From an uncultured delta proteobacterium (GTDB taxonomy: Bacteria > Desulfobacterota > Binatia > UBA9968): a stretch of DNA of 64,000 nt. The DNA is taken from assembly GCA_963804165.1 (NCBI GenBank), contig CAWDPO010000003.1:256359-320358 (forward strand), written 5' to 3'. The stretch's first letter is position 1. Every line of letters starts with the position of its first letter. The notes beneath the pieces were generated by a model. It was not told the DNA's origin and did no database searches. It saw nothing but the letters and a program-made list of their open reading frames with translations. Below are positions 31,070-41,207 of this stretch, piece by piece. The translations under genes and the position numbers were made by a program.

Positions 31070-32095
31070 TCAACGGGCGGCGTCAAATGCAAGTTTCAAA
31101 ATGCGCTGGATCATTCTCGGATAACTGAGGCCCGCCTTCGCGGTGGACTGGGCGAATTCGTCGTCGCCGTCGAGGTTGGGATTGGGGTTGGCCTCGAGGA
31201 TGACGATCTCGCCCTCGGGGGTCACGCGCAGATCGATGCGGCCGTAGCCGTGAATGCGCAGCGCGCGATAAACGGCTTTGCAGATTTTGACAATGCGCTG
31301 ACCGGTGCCGTTGGCAAACGGCTCGGCAAAAACATTTTGGATGCCCCAGCGTTTTCGATAGGCGTCGTCCCACTTGGCCTTGAACGTGGAAAACTTCGGC
31401 TGGCCGTCGGGGACTTCGGTGAAGATCACTTCGCGAAAAGGAAAGACTCGCAGCCGCTCATTGCCCAATAGACTGACGTAAATCTCTCTTCCCTCGATGT
31501 ATTCCTCGGCGAGGGCAGGCTGATTCATGCGCTCGTGGATGAAGCGAATTCTTTCCTCGAAGGCTTCGTCGTTTTCGACGAAAGAGTCCAAGGAGATGCC
31601 ATAGGACGCTTCCTCGGCGACGGGCTTGATGAACAGCGGAAATTTAAGACGGCTTGGTTTCCGAATCATCGCGCCGGGGGAGAAGATCGCAAAGTTCGGC
31701 ACGCGAATTTTATGATAGGCGAGAAGCTCCTTCGCCATGCCCTTATTTTTGCACAGGGTCAAACCTGTGGGGCTCGATCCGGTATAGGGCACACCCATCA
31801 TTTCGAGCAGGCCGGCGACATTGCGATCGTAGGCGGACACCGCGTTGAAATGTTCGGTCAAGTTGAAAACGACGTCGGGCGGATTGGCTTTGATCTCGTC
31901 GATGATCATGCCGGGCTCATCCCAAACGCCGATAGTGCGCACTTCGTGGCCGAGTTTTTTGAGCGCTTCGATGACGTGGGCTTCCGCCGCCCAATCGTCG
32001 GTTTTCAATTCCTTGGTGAAATCTTGATTTGCCGGCGGCGTGCCCGCGGTGTCGAACAGCACCAGGACTTTGAATCGTTTCCGCGTTCGCGTCAT
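31070..32095 (-). CDS. D-Ala-D-Ala ligase-like ATP-grasp protein
   Basis: DVVFNLTE, PYTGS, FPLFIKP, EEYIEGRE, GYGRIDLR, EANPNP. Confidence 0.88.
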   Translation of the reverse strand: MTRTRKRFKVLVLFDTAGTPPANQDFTKELKTDDWAAEAHVIEALKKLGHEVRTIGVWDEPGMIIDEIKANPPDVVFNLTEHFNAVSAYDRNVAGLLEMMGVPYTGSSPTGLTLCKNKGMAKELLAYHKIRVPNFAIFSPGAMIRKPSRLKFPLFIKPVAEEASYGISLDSFVENDEAFEERIRFIHERMNQPALAEEYIEGREIYVSLLGNERLRVFPFREVIFTEVPDGQPKFSTFKAKWDDAYRKRWGIQNVFAEPFANGTGQRIVKICKAVYRALRIHGYGRIDLRVTPEGEIVILEANPNPNLDGDDEFAQSTAKAGLSYPRMIQRILKLAFDAAR

Positions 32096-32096
32096 G

Positions 32097-32295
32097 CTAG
32101 TGCCCTGTCCCGGAAGTTCTGATCTATAATTCCCGCGTCATTCCGTCCGAAAATCTCCCCTTCCCCTCTTTGGCAAAGAGGGGTGAGAATCGCACGGAGA
32201 CGATTCCCCCTTTGAAAAAGGGGGACAAAGGCGGATTTGAGTTCAACTTCAGCTGCTGCCATCGTTTGGACTTCTTAAACGAACTTCTGAGCCAT
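32097..32295. mobile_element. CTAG-bounded MITE-like element with internal CCCCTTT..AAAGGGG hairpins
   Basis: Starts CTAGTGCCCTGTCCCGGAAGTTC and ends GAACTTCTGAGCC; internal segment related (inverted) to 47858-48014. Confidence 0.6.
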
Positions 32296-32299
32296 CGGG

Positions 32300-33355
32300 T
32301 TAGGAATCTTTGAACTTGCCCGTAAGCCGATAATGGCACGCCAGCGTCGCCAAGTAGGCGGCAATTTCGACGCCGGCTGATTCCGCTTTGAGCCGGAGAT
32401 CGAGCTCGGCGCAGCGCTCGGTCAGCTCGCGCAGCAGACGGTTGATCGTGAACTTCGGTTCGCCGGTCCAAATGGAAACGGCGTTGAGAATCAGTTTGTT
32501 CGACCGTCGCAAAAACACCGACGCGCGTTCACCGTTGGGCGACGCGGCTGCGTCGACGAAAAGCTTTTTTAGATCGGCGTCGAAAAAATCGGGAAATTCC
32601 TGCGCGTAGATGCGCCGCCGTCTTTTATAGTGAGCCGCCAGTCGCGAACGGAGGCGGGACGCGTCGCTAATCTTGGCTTTGGAGAAAACCAGGGGCGGTT
32701 TTGCCGCTAGCTTCTGCATCAGCTCATCGACGTACTCGATTTTTTGCAAAGCCTTCCAGCCTCGATACTGCTGTCGCCATTCCAGATCGGGCGTCAACCA
32801 GATCGCGACCGTCTCAGCAAAGTCCTCTTCCGGGTGGCTCTGGGCATAGTAGCCCTCCAAGTGGCGCACGAATTGGCGACTGTACGGCCGCGCGCGAAAG
32901 CTTTCTGAATATTCGAGCGACGTGGGTCCGAAGATCTTTTGCCAACGTTTGTCTTTCTCCAGCAGGTAGGCGTGATTGAGGACGTGACCCATCTCGTGGC
33001 GCAAGAGTCGAAGACACCACGTTTCCGTGCCGCCCTCGACCTCCATCATCATTTTTTCTTCAAGCTTCTTCAGGCGCGGATGGGCGAGGTAGAAAGGGAT
33101 GGCGATGGTGGCGCTGCCTTCGGGGCAAAACCATTCGTCGCCGAGATAGCAGATGGGTTTGATCGTGATGCCCTTGGCGGCGAGCTCCGCGTAGAATTTG
33201 TCGACGCGCGACTCGATCTCGGTGCCGGCGATCTTGAGCTTCAAGTCGCAAATACGCATGCGCAAGAGCTCGTCGTCGCTCATGCCCGCGAGGTCGGGCG
33301 GCGAAACCGGCGGGCTCGGCGGCGCCGGTTTCGCCGTCGATTGTTCCGAATCCAT
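32300..33355 (-). CDS. Putative zinc-binding metallopeptidase (zincin)
   Basis: LRHEMGH and YAQSHPEEDFAET motifs. Confidence 0.88.
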   Translation of the reverse strand: MDSEQSTAKPAPPSPPVSPPDLAGMSDDELLRMRICDLKLKIAGTEIESRVDKFYAELAAKGITIKPICYLGDEWFCPEGSATIAIPFYLAHPRLKKLEEKMMMEVEGGTETWCLRLLRHEMGHVLNHAYLLEKDKRWQKIFGPTSLEYSESFRARPYSRQFVRHLEGYYAQSHPEEDFAETVAIWLTPDLEWRQQYRGWKALQKIEYVDELMQKLAAKPPLVFSKAKISDASRLRSRLAAHYKRRRRIYAQEFPDFFDADLKKLFVDAAASPNGERASVFLRRSNKLILNAVSIWTGEPKFTINRLLRELTERCAELDLRLKAESAGVEIAAYLATLACHYRLTGKFKDS

Positions 33356-33397
33356 TTAGCTATTTTAACAGAGCGTTGACTGGGCGGCTAGCGACGG

Positions 33398-33468
33398 GAA
33401 TGGAGTTATGGGTATTGGAGTCTTGGAGTGCTGGAGTATTGGGAACTGAAGCTACAAATTACTCCAAC
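33398..33468 (+). repeat. Degenerate TGGAGT(A)T 8-9 bp tandem repeats with inverted ACTCCA unit
   Basis: GGAATGGAGTTATGGGTATTGGAGTCTTGGAGTGCTGGAGTATTGGG ... TTACTCCAA. Confidence 0.65.
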
Positions 33469-33488
33469 CCTCGAATCGCAATCCTTGG

Positions 33489-33986
33489 TTACGGCGCGAC
33501 GGTGCCCGGCTTTTGCGGGATTGTGCCGGAAAGCTCGTCCTCGATGCTGCCGTAGTTGTAATAGGGATTGGACACGGTCTTGCGATACTCCTCCGGCGGC
33601 ACGTTGCAATAGACTTCGAGCAGATTGCCGTCGGGATCGTAGAAATAGATGCTTTTGGCGACACCGTGGAAAATCGTCTGACGAAGCTTCACGCCGTGCT
33701 CTTTGAACTTGCGATAGACTTCCTGCAGTTCGGCAAACGTCGCCACTTCGAATGAAACATGCTCCATGCCGATCTGTTCCGGGTCCGGCATCGGCGCGCC
33801 TGGTTTTCCTTCTCTGATCGCCAGCATATGATGATTTTCCTTGACGTCGGTGCTGAAAAACAACATGCCGCGGTCGTTCTCGCCGACCTGGGGAAATCCT
33901 AATATTTCGGTAAAAAAGTTTCGCGAGCGTTCGAGATCTTTCACTTTGAGAACCAGATGGCCGACTCTTTTGATTTTGAATGACAT
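33489..33986 (-). CDS. VOC family protein (extradiol dioxygenase-like fold)
   Basis: GHLVLKV, HHMLA, EHVSF, SIYFYDPDGNLLE; AGGAG RBS. Confidence 0.88.
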   Translation of the reverse strand: MSFKIKRVGHLVLKVKDLERSRNFFTEILGFPQVGENDRGMLFFSTDVKENHHMLAIREGKPGAPMPDPEQIGMEHVSFEVATFAELQEVYRKFKEHGVKLRQTIFHGVAKSIYFYDPDGNLLEVYCNVPPEEYRKTVSNPYYNYGSIEDELSGTIPQKPGTVAP

Positions 33987-34134
33987 ATTACAGGTCTCCT
34001 TTTGATAGCGATGTATCGGTACCGTACTGTCGATGCATGGTGCGATCGTACGCACCCCCTCTTTGATTCTCCCCCGTCGAGGGGGAGAAAATGAAATTAG
34101 GAATGTCTTGCCAAATTAATGCTTGATTCCTATT

Positions 34135-34208
34135 CAGGCCGCTCAAAAAGATCTCAGAGGCGAGGCGATGGAGCGCAACGAAGCATATGAGTCTTTTTCA
34201 GCGGCCTG
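34135..34208. mobile_element. 74-bp MITE-like element with 16-bp inverted ends
   Basis: CAGGCCGCTCAAAAAG / CTTTTTCAGCGGCCTG, abutting the stop codon of the adjacent gene; ends resemble the GCTGAAAAA core of the IS at 61973. Confidence 0.65.
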
Positions 34209-35180
34209 TTACATCGTCAGCATGACTTTGCCAAAGTGCTCGCGCCCTTCGAGATAGCGCTGCGCCGCGCGGGTTTCCGCCAACGGAAAACTTTTGCCGA
34301 TGACGACTTGGAACTTCTTTTCGGCCACGAGTTTGAGAATTTCATCGAGTTGCTTGAAATCGTCAGGCTTGGCTTTCAAATAATTTGTAATGGAAAAGCG
34401 GGTGGCCTTACGCCCTTCGGTAAGCGCAGGCGGCGAATCGGGGATCGCGCCGAAAGCACCGCCGATAGAAAACAGCCGGCCGCCGGGCGCGAGCGCTTGC
34501 AGACTTTTTTGATAAACATCGCCGCCGATCATCTCGAGCACCACATCGACGCCGCGGTCGTTCGTCACGCGCAGGGCCTCCGGCAGAAAGTCGTTTTGCG
34601 AAACGTCGATGGTGACGTCGGCGCCCAATTTGCGCAGCCGGTGGGATTTTTCTTCGCTACCCGTGGTAACGATGGTTTTGGCGCCCAAATGTTTGGCGAT
34701 TTGGATTGCCGCGGTGCCGACGCCGCTGCTGCCGCCTTGCACGAGCAGCCATTCACCCGCTTTAAGATTACCGTCCGTCTTTAGACCGAACCACGCGGTG
34801 AGAAAGGCGGTCGGCAGCGCCGCCGCTTGCGCGGAAGTGACAGCGTCGGGGATTGGCCGAACTTCGGACGCTTTAGCGAGCGCGTATTCGGCATAGCCGC
34901 CGAGACTCGGGTACGCGACGACGCGCTGACCTGCTCGGTATTCGTTAACGCCGGAGCCGAGCTTTTCGATTGTCCCGGCGAATTCACGGCCGGGAATAAT
35001 CGGCAGCGCATCGGCAGAAATACGGTAAGTTCCTTTGCGCAAACCGAGATCTGCTCGGTTCAACGACGCAGCTTCGACCTTGATGAGAATCTCACCGGCA
35101 TTGGGCTCAGGTACGGGGACGTCTTCGTATTGGAGAACATCTTCACTTGGACCGAATTGATGAATGCGAATAGCTTTCAC
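34209..35180 (-). CDS. NADPH:quinone oxidoreductase (MDR superfamily)
   Basis: NRAD, PGREFAG, GGSSGVG, HFGKVML. Confidence 0.9.
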   Translation of the reverse strand: MKAIRIHQFGPSEDVLQYEDVPVPEPNAGEILIKVEAASLNRADLGLRKGTYRISADALPIIPGREFAGTIEKLGSGVNEYRAGQRVVAYPSLGGYAEYALAKASEVRPIPDAVTSAQAAALPTAFLTAWFGLKTDGNLKAGEWLLVQGGSSGVGTAAIQIAKHLGAKTIVTTGSEEKSHRLRKLGADVTIDVSQNDFLPEALRVTNDRGVDVVLEMIGGDVYQKSLQALAPGGRLFSIGGAFGAIPDSPPALTEGRKATRFSITNYLKAKPDDFKQLDEILKLVAEKKFQVVIGKSFPLAETRAAQRYLEGREHFGKVMLTM

Positions 35181-35249
35181 AGATTACTCCTTCTGACACG
35201 CGAGGGTCTTAAATGCCGTGCTCAAGGGAAAAGTCCGGTGTTGAATTTG

Positions 35250-36194
35250 CTAAGTCTTAGATGCTGGACGGCTGCCGCGCGGTCGATAAAGTTCCACGAG
35301 TTTTTTCCGCACAGCTTCTTCGCCGCCCGGCAGAGAGTCAAACTTCGTGGTGTTGTCCGTTTTTCGAAGGATGTCTTGTCCCTGGCTGTCTTGATGCATG
35401 ATCAGAAGGACCTCTTTGAGTTTCAACCGGACCGGTTCCGGTAGATCCTTGCGCACCGAGACGAGATGCCGGGGCACCGATTCGCTTTCGCCGAGGATCG
35501 AAATTGATGCTTTGGCTGTGTCATCCAGGCTGGCATAGTCGTCGCTGCTAAAGGCTCCGGCCGCCACCCTATTTTGCAGTACGAGAGTGGCGATGTTCTT
35601 GTACGTATCGGCGAAGACGTAGCCAATCTCCCTATCGGCAACCTTGGCCCCGACAGCCGGCTTTTCCACCACGGACAACCCCTTCTTGAGCAGAAAGAGT
35701 TTCGGCAGGAAATACCCGGAGGTCGATCCGGGATCTTCGAATGCAATGATTTTGCCGCGTAGATCTTCGAGGCGCGCGATGCCGCTTTCCTTGTTGGTGA
35801 AAATGAGGCTCCGATACTCGCCAATTCCGCCCTTCCAGCGCCGGAGCAATAACTTGGCCGCGCCCAAACGGTTTATAAGATAGGTGGGGAAAGGGCTTTC
35901 CATATAGAAATCGACGCGCTTCTCTTCGAGGAGTTTCATCATCTGCCCGGCCGTGGGCGCGAGAACGACCATTCCCGTGGTTTCCTCAGTCGACTTGAGC
36001 TTGCGGGCCGCATAATCCACGAGAGGGCGGAAGTGTTGTTCGAGCGGCTCCGGTGAGCCTTGGAAGACAACGCCTAGTTTGAGCGTTTTAGTCTCTGTCT
36101 TTTGTTTTGTCTGCGCTCCGGCATTTAGGTCAATGATCAGCAGCAGCGTGGCGACGAATAAAGCAACGGAGATTCGATGCGATGGCTCCTTCAT
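35250..36194 (-). CDS. Phosphate/phosphite/phosphonate-type substrate-binding protein (PhnD-like)
   Basis: Signal peptide; YRSLIF, DLRGKIIAFEDPGSTSGYFLP. Confidence 0.85.
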   Translation of the reverse strand: MKEPSHRISVALFVATLLLIIDLNAGAQTKQKTETKTLKLGVVFQGSPEPLEQHFRPLVDYAARKLKSTEETTGMVVLAPTAGQMMKLLEEKRVDFYMESPFPTYLINRLGAAKLLLRRWKGGIGEYRSLIFTNKESGIARLEDLRGKIIAFEDPGSTSGYFLPKLFLLKKGLSVVEKPAVGAKVADREIGYVFADTYKNIATLVLQNRVAAGAFSSDDYASLDDTAKASISILGESESVPRHLVSVRKDLPEPVRLKLKEVLLIMHQDSQGQDILRKTDNTTKFDSLPGGEEAVRKKLVELYRPRGSRPASKT

Positions 36195-36821
36195 GCTGGC
36201 ATCCTCACATTCGCCGGATCGTTAAAAGCGCCGCCAAAGAAATGACTATTCGGACCCAATGTTTTTGTAAGAAAACGTCGCGCAGAGCTTAGACAAGATT
36301 GAGTTGTTCTGTCAATGGAAGGGAGACTATACGGCCGCAGGATCGATTCTGGATGTTGCACCGATCGGGATAAGAATTATTCGTTGAAGGCAATGAAAAT
36401 GATCCCGCAACTTACCATGCAGCCCGCTTCACATAATTGAAGCCAGGAGTTGGTCTGCCTTCTGGAAAAGAGCCCGGCAGGACATTGATCTACTGGGGCT
36501 CTTTGTTTTCTCAGGATTGTCTAGACTTCAGACCTTTGAAGCTGAAAATCCAGGTTTGAAGCCTAGCCCCCGAGCCACGAAATCAACTACTTAGCAGAGT
36601 AATCCTCGTCCGATGCATCCGTTTGTATGCGTCATCGAGCACATGGAAAATCCAAATGCTCCGCACACCTGCGAAAACGGGATAATTAAAACCACCCGAT
36701 TCAGCTTGATGGTAGTCCTCAAAATACGAGCCCTCAAAGATCCGCGTAACGGTCGCCCCAATCGTGAGTTCCGAGAACTGAACAAGGTTAGAACAGCTTT
36801 TCTTACAAAGCATTCATTTAA

Positions 36822-37499
36822 CTACCAGATAGAAGGCACTAAGCGATAACGGACCTTCTGACAATACTCTGTGTAGCCTGGCAGATTTTTGGAAAGAAAC
36901 TTCTCCTCATCGAGGAGTCTCCATATAAGGACAGGCATAACGAGGGCGAGCATGAACAGTCCCCACCATGAGCCGAGTGCAAGCGGTACACCTATAAGCA
37001 TGACGAGAGCCCCAGCATACATCGGGTGGCGCACTAGAGCGTACGGACCTGTCGAGATGACTTTTTGGCCCTCGGCTATTTGAATCGTGGAAGCGCCGTA
37101 GGTATTCACCTTGAACACAAAGAAGATGAAGAGAAATCCGAATGCGACGAGTACGTCTCCCGCTAAGGATATATATGACGGCACCGGAGACCATCCGAAG
37201 CGATGGTCCAACGCGGGAAAAACAAACAATGCTACAAATCCTATCATCACAAAAAACATTATGATTTTTTGTGTTGTCTCCTTTTCCACCGTCGGTCCCA
37301 CATTCATGCGCCGCTCGAGGAGCTTCGGGTCTTTTATTGCGAGGTACACCGTGATAACGGCTGATGCTCCCACAAAGACCGCCATAAAGACCCATGCCTG
37401 CCAATAATTGAACGTTCCCGTGGGAAGAAAGAGAAGTACCGCCATCACGATGGTGCCAAGGAGGCTTGATCGGAGTGCTCGAATGTTTAGACTGGTCAT
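36822..37499 (-). CDS. Isoprenylcysteine carboxylmethyltransferase family membrane protein
   Basis: VISTGPYALVRHPMY, EEKFL, YRLVP motifs. Confidence 0.9.
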   Translation of the reverse strand: MTSLNIRALRSSLLGTIVMAVLLFLPTGTFNYWQAWVFMAVFVGASAVITVYLAIKDPKLLERRMNVGPTVEKETTQKIIMFFVMIGFVALFVFPALDHRFGWSPVPSYISLAGDVLVAFGFLFIFFVFKVNTYGASTIQIAEGQKVISTGPYALVRHPMYAGALVMLIGVPLALGSWWGLFMLALVMPVLIWRLLDEEKFLSKNLPGYTEYCQKVRYRLVPSIW

Positions 37500-37604
37500 G
37501 ATTTTATGAACCCAAAGTAGAAGCAAATCATAATATTCATTCCGCCAGCGGATCCGAGCCAATCATCATTCCGCTTGGACGCTTGAGATATGCACGACCC
37601 GTCC

Positions 37605-37968
37605 TCATTGCACGTTCGTTCCCTGGTGGAAGATTATCTGCCATCCCGCCGGTGTATCGCCATATGGAGCTTCTAAGCGAATAAGGAGGAGGCTGTCTCT
37701 CTTTCGTCACCCCAATCGACTTATATGTGACTAAGCAGACAGAAGCACTGAGCTCACGAACGCTGAAGTTCTCAACCATTCCCTCGATCGGCGTCCACTG
37801 TGACATCGCTGCAATGAGCTCTGCTTTGGACCAAACTTTTCTTGAAGCACCGAATTCGACAAAATCTTCTGCAATAAGCGAAGACGCGTCCTCGGCAGAC
37901 AACTTCCCGCCCACTTGAGCCAACCGTTGCTCTCGCTCAAAGAGCATGTCATCGCGCTCTCTACTCAT
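37605..37968 (-). CDS. DUF4440/NTF2-like protein; frameshift near 37645
   Basis: DFVEFGAS, SLRSSIW; the expected ending WQIIFHQGT lies in a shifted frame ending at TGA 37607-37605. Confidence 0.8.
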
Positions 37969-37974
37969 CGTCGG

Positions 37975-38037
37975 ATCTAACGCTTTGCGGCTGAGCGGCT
38001 TCGTTTTGCTGGTACCCCCTCAAGCCGCTTCTTAGAC
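37975..38037 (-). other. attC site (R'' degenerate)
   Basis: GTCTAAG AAGCGG CTTGAG ... CTCAG CCGCAAAGC GTTAGAT, 63 bp. Confidence 0.75.
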
Positions 38038-38546
38038 GGTTCAGGTACACGCCGAGGATCGGCGGTGTAACCGCTCGACGTAATGAGTGCCCTCAGCTGG
38101 CGAGCGATCTTCTTTGCGGCTGTGGGGTGGCGAACACCGCTATTCTCCAGCAGGTCGACTGCAGTCGTCAGGCCCTCGACGAGATTCTGCACCGCACGGC
38201 TAGCGAGACCTGCCGAAAGCGTGTTTGCAAACACCAGTCGTTCGCGCTCCCCGAGCCACTCGACATAACCACCGGCACGCTCTGCCTCGATCGGGAGGAC
38301 GTGAGTTACGAATTCAAGAGCCAGAACAAGCGCCTGGAGCGAGTCTTCGCCTGGAATCGGCCTCAGCCTACGCTTGCCCAAACCCGTGATCTCGACGGGG
38401 CACCACCACGGATCAGCTCGCTCCGGGTGGGGGGATCGGACGGGTCGCCCAAATCTGATCAATACAATACGGGCCAGTTTGCGCGGTCCTGCGAACTTGA
38501 GTCTCCGCTCGGCGATGACACTACCAAGCTTACGCGGTCGCCACAC
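37977..38546 (-). CDS. Hypothetical protein (DUF6968-like N-terminal domain)
   Basis: GAGGAG RBS + GTG; IAERRL, WWCPVEITG, GEDSLQALVLAL; stop lies within the attC. Confidence 0.7.
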   Translation of the reverse strand: MWRPRKLGSVIAERRLKFAGPRKLARIVLIRFGRPVRSPHPERADPWWCPVEITGLGKRRLRPIPGEDSLQALVLALEFVTHVLPIEAERAGGYVEWLGERERLVFANTLSAGLASRAVQNLVEGLTTAVDLLENSGVRHPTAAKKIARQLRALITSSGYTADPRRVPEPSKKRLEGVPAKRSRSAAKR

Positions 38547-38563
38547 TGGGTTCTCCTCTATCC

Positions 38564-38628
38564 GTCTAAACGTTTGCGTTAACGCGCGCGCCGCTTTTGG
38601 CGCGTCGCTGTTGAACGCATTGCTAGAG
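38564..38628 (-). other. attC site
   Basis: CTCTAGC AATGCG TTCAAC AGCGACGCGCC AAAA GCGGCGCGCGC GTTAA CGCAAAC GTT(T)AGAC. Confidence 0.8.
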
Positions 38629-39168
38629 GGCCACTCTCCCATTGCTCTCTTGTGACATGCCATTGAATTTGGCTCCAGCCCCGAGCAGCCATCCAAGCTG
38701 GAGTAGGCCGCGTCGTTGCCACCGCCCCGAAAGAACTTGCGAGACGCGCGACGCGAGCATTGGCGCTCACGGTGCTGCCGTAAATCTCTCTTAACTTCAG
38801 ACTGCCGAACCCGAAATCAACTAGGGCGTGCATGATCTCAATGGCATATCCGTAACGACCCCAGAACTCAGGCGCCAGCTCGATACCAAGCTCCGCTTTG
38901 CCTGCCTCGGAATCTGCGGTGCGGAGTCCACAGCAGCCAGCAAGTAGTTGTGATCCTTGGCGTTGAACAATTGCAAACTGATAGTTGCGTCTTGGTTTTT
39001 CTGCCGCCCAATTTTTGAAGTCTCAAGAAGCTGCTGCGCGTGACCGGGCTTAACCTCTTCGAGCCCGTAGAACTCAAGAGACCGCGGGTCCGCATGGTAT
39101 TCCTGAAAAGCAGCCGCGTCCTCCTCCCGAAAGTCGCGGAGTAAGAATCTTTTTGTGACAATTTCCAT
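38579..39168 (-). CDS. GNAT N-acetyltransferase (RimJ/RimL type); frameshift near 39015
   Basis: TKRFLLRDF; continuation AELGIELAPEFWGRYGYA...LREIYGSTVSAN in another frame. Confidence 0.82.
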
Positions 39169-39190
39169 TGCGGCCACTGAACGATTGGCC

Positions 39191-39250
39191 GTCTAACCGC
39201 CCAGAGTCAGCCGGCGGCTTCAGCGGGTCAACTGTGCTCTGCTGTTAGGC
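39191..39250 (-). other. attC site (60 bp)
   Basis: GCCTAAC AGCAG AGCACAG ... CTGACT CTGGGCG GTTAGAC; both core sites canonical. Confidence 0.8.
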
Positions 39251-39882
39251 GCCCATTCCCTTGGTTGATTTGTATTTCGACACCGATATGTTTCTTTTTG
39301 ATATTCACAGTACTTGAAACGGCCGGTTTCCAAGCCGAAAAGAAAATCTCCTCCGCTCTTGACGGTGATCAATAGCGTCTTTTGATCTTGTCTGATGTAA
39401 GCGGGACCCTTTCTCCAATGAATCGAAGAAACACTGCGGCCGAAGGCCTTGATTTCCTCGTCTTGGAACAGATCACTCAGCTCGTAAGCTTGAACAACTT
39501 TTCCACGAGCGTCATACATTGAGACGACCTTTCCGTATCCGACGTTATGCCAATTATCGATGGTCGCAAGACGGCCGTCGTTAGAAACAAAGAACTCGAC
39601 CGGCGCCACGGGATTGAGAAGGACGGCCTCGGCTACGAGCCGGTAAGAACGATCCTGATGGCGACGATAGAACTCGGCCGCCGCATATTTCCCTTTCTTT
39701 TCCCGGGCAAAGCCGAACGTGTCGCCTAGACTTTCGCCCGGAATCACCCGCACGAAATATTCACGCGATGCGCTGAACACTTCCTTGGTTTGTGGTCCGG
39801 CCCAATCATCGGCCCTAACTGCCAACGCCGTGACCGATAACAGCGTGCCTAGGAGAAAGCCCTCGAAATATACGCGGCGCAT
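39220..39882 (-). CDS. Hypothetical secreted protein
   Basis: Signal-like N-terminus ending AVRA|DDW; LLNPVAPV, DNWHNVGYG, SVSSIHW; beta-rich. Confidence 0.75.
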   Translation of the reverse strand: MRRVYFEGFLLGTLLSVTALAVRADDWAGPQTKEVFSASREYFVRVIPGESLGDTFGFAREKKGKYAAAEFYRRHQDRSYRLVAEAVLLNPVAPVEFFVSNDGRLATIDNWHNVGYGKVVSMYDARGKVVQAYELSDLFQDEEIKAFGRSVSSIHWRKGPAYIRQDQKTLLITVKSGGDFLFGLETGRFKYCEYQKETYRCRNTNQPREWAPNSRAQLTR

Positions 39883-39936
39883 CGTGTGGTGCAATCGAGG
39901 ATGTCTAAGTGTTAGACGAGCCTGTTCTGCAGAAGA

Positions 39937-40365
39937 TCATGGTGTCCGTGTACCCGTCTGCGAATCGGCGTGTCGATGGATAATCCGCCATCCGTCGGAG
40001 TCGCGGCGAAACACCATCGTCACCCGAAAATCGCGAGTCGTCGACTGCTCAGCCCGCCCCGGGACGCGAAAACGGATCTGCTCGGCCTGCACGATATACG
40101 CGAAGTCGGCACCAACCATGCTCCTAATCTCTTCCCTGCTGCGTGTGCCCTCTGAGATCTGCGAACTGGCCCAATCGAGCCGCGTTCCGACCCTGTCCCA
40201 TCCGGACTCCACCCCGCCGAAACCGCCGCAGAGACTGACCTCGTCACCGTGGGACCATAGCGCCTTGAACGCGGCGGGGCGCCCCTGTGCGAATTCATGT
40301 TCTGCGGCATCAAGCTTTGCCATGAATGCCGTCCATTCGGGATCGACCAACCGGTCGTTTTGCAT
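39937..40365 (-). CDS. SnoaL/NTF2-like protein
   Basis: ALWSH, RVTMVFRR..GWRIIHRHAD. Confidence 0.82.
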   Translation of the reverse strand: MQNDRLVDPEWTAFMAKLDAAEHEFAQGRPAAFKALWSHGDEVSLCGGFGGVESGWDRVGTRLDWASSQISEGTRSREEIRSMVGADFAYIVQAEQIRFRVPGRAEQSTTRDFRVTMVFRRDSDGWRIIHRHADSQTGTRTP

Positions 40366-40580
40366 TACGAGCACCTTCCATTGCAATTAAGACAATAGCC
40401 ATGGCAGAGGCCGCAAACCTGAGGATTGAGCCCATGCGTGATCGATTCGCTCAATCCTCAAACCTTGTGCCATCTAATAAGTGAATTGGTCGGCCATCTC
40501 GACGAAAAGAATTTGCCATTTCTGGGGATTTGATCGGCGGTGTCGCCGGCCGAATTTCTTGTGCAATTCAGGCGTTTCCA

Positions 40581-41162
40581 CTATACGCGACCGAGCACGC
40601 CTGATGCTTTCGCCGTGTGTGTTGCAATTGCATCCATCAGGGCAGGGGACAGGCAGTCATACGGCTCGAGCTTTAACTCCTTGAGTCTCGCTCTGACCGC
40701 TGTCATGTTCGCGGGATCGGCGCCGGATTCGATGATCGAGGAAACAAACGCCGCGAATTCGGGCGGTGCCCAGCCTTGCTCGGACGACAATTCCGTGTGG
40801 ATGAAATCGAAGCCGAACAAAGGATGCTTGTCGTTCTCGATGCGACAGTACATGTGTACGCCGCAACTCTTGCAGGCGTGCCGTTTGATAACCGCGTTGG
40901 GATCGACGATTGCTAATTTGTCTCCATTCGCAGTCACACGGACTTTGTCGCGCGGCACGGCCGCGACCTGCGAGAACAGCGCGCCGGTCGGCTTCCAGCA
41001 TTTGGTGCAGCCGCAGACGTGGTTGTGGGCGCATTGGCTGTCGATCGCGACGGTGACTTTCTTGTCAGAACAATGGCAGAGCAGGGTACCGCCCGCGAAG
41101 TTTGCGGCGGCAGGTTTCACGCCTCGGTCAACCGCCGGATGAATGGAAATTGTATTGGCCAT
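40581..41162 (-). CDS. gfa: S-(hydroxymethyl)glutathione synthase (glutathione-dependent formaldehyde-activating enzyme)
   Basis: [46 protein letters not shown]; GAGGAGG RBS. Confidence 0.95.
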   Translation of the reverse strand: MANTISIHPAVDRGVKPAAANFAGGTLLCHCSDKKVTVAIDSQCAHNHVCGCTKCWKPTGALFSQVAAVPRDKVRVTANGDKLAIVDPNAVIKRHACKSCGVHMYCRIENDKHPLFGFDFIHTELSSEQGWAPPEFAAFVSSIIESGADPANMTAVRARLKELKLEPYDCLSPALMDAIATHTAKASGVLGRV

Positions 41163-41207
41163 TGTGATTTCCTCCTCTATGTAATTTTTCTCTGCTCTAT
41201 CTTCAAT

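Noticed and set aside
31070-32095. Calling this gene ddl
   Set aside because: Atypical N-terminus and non-cell-wall context; symbol withheld
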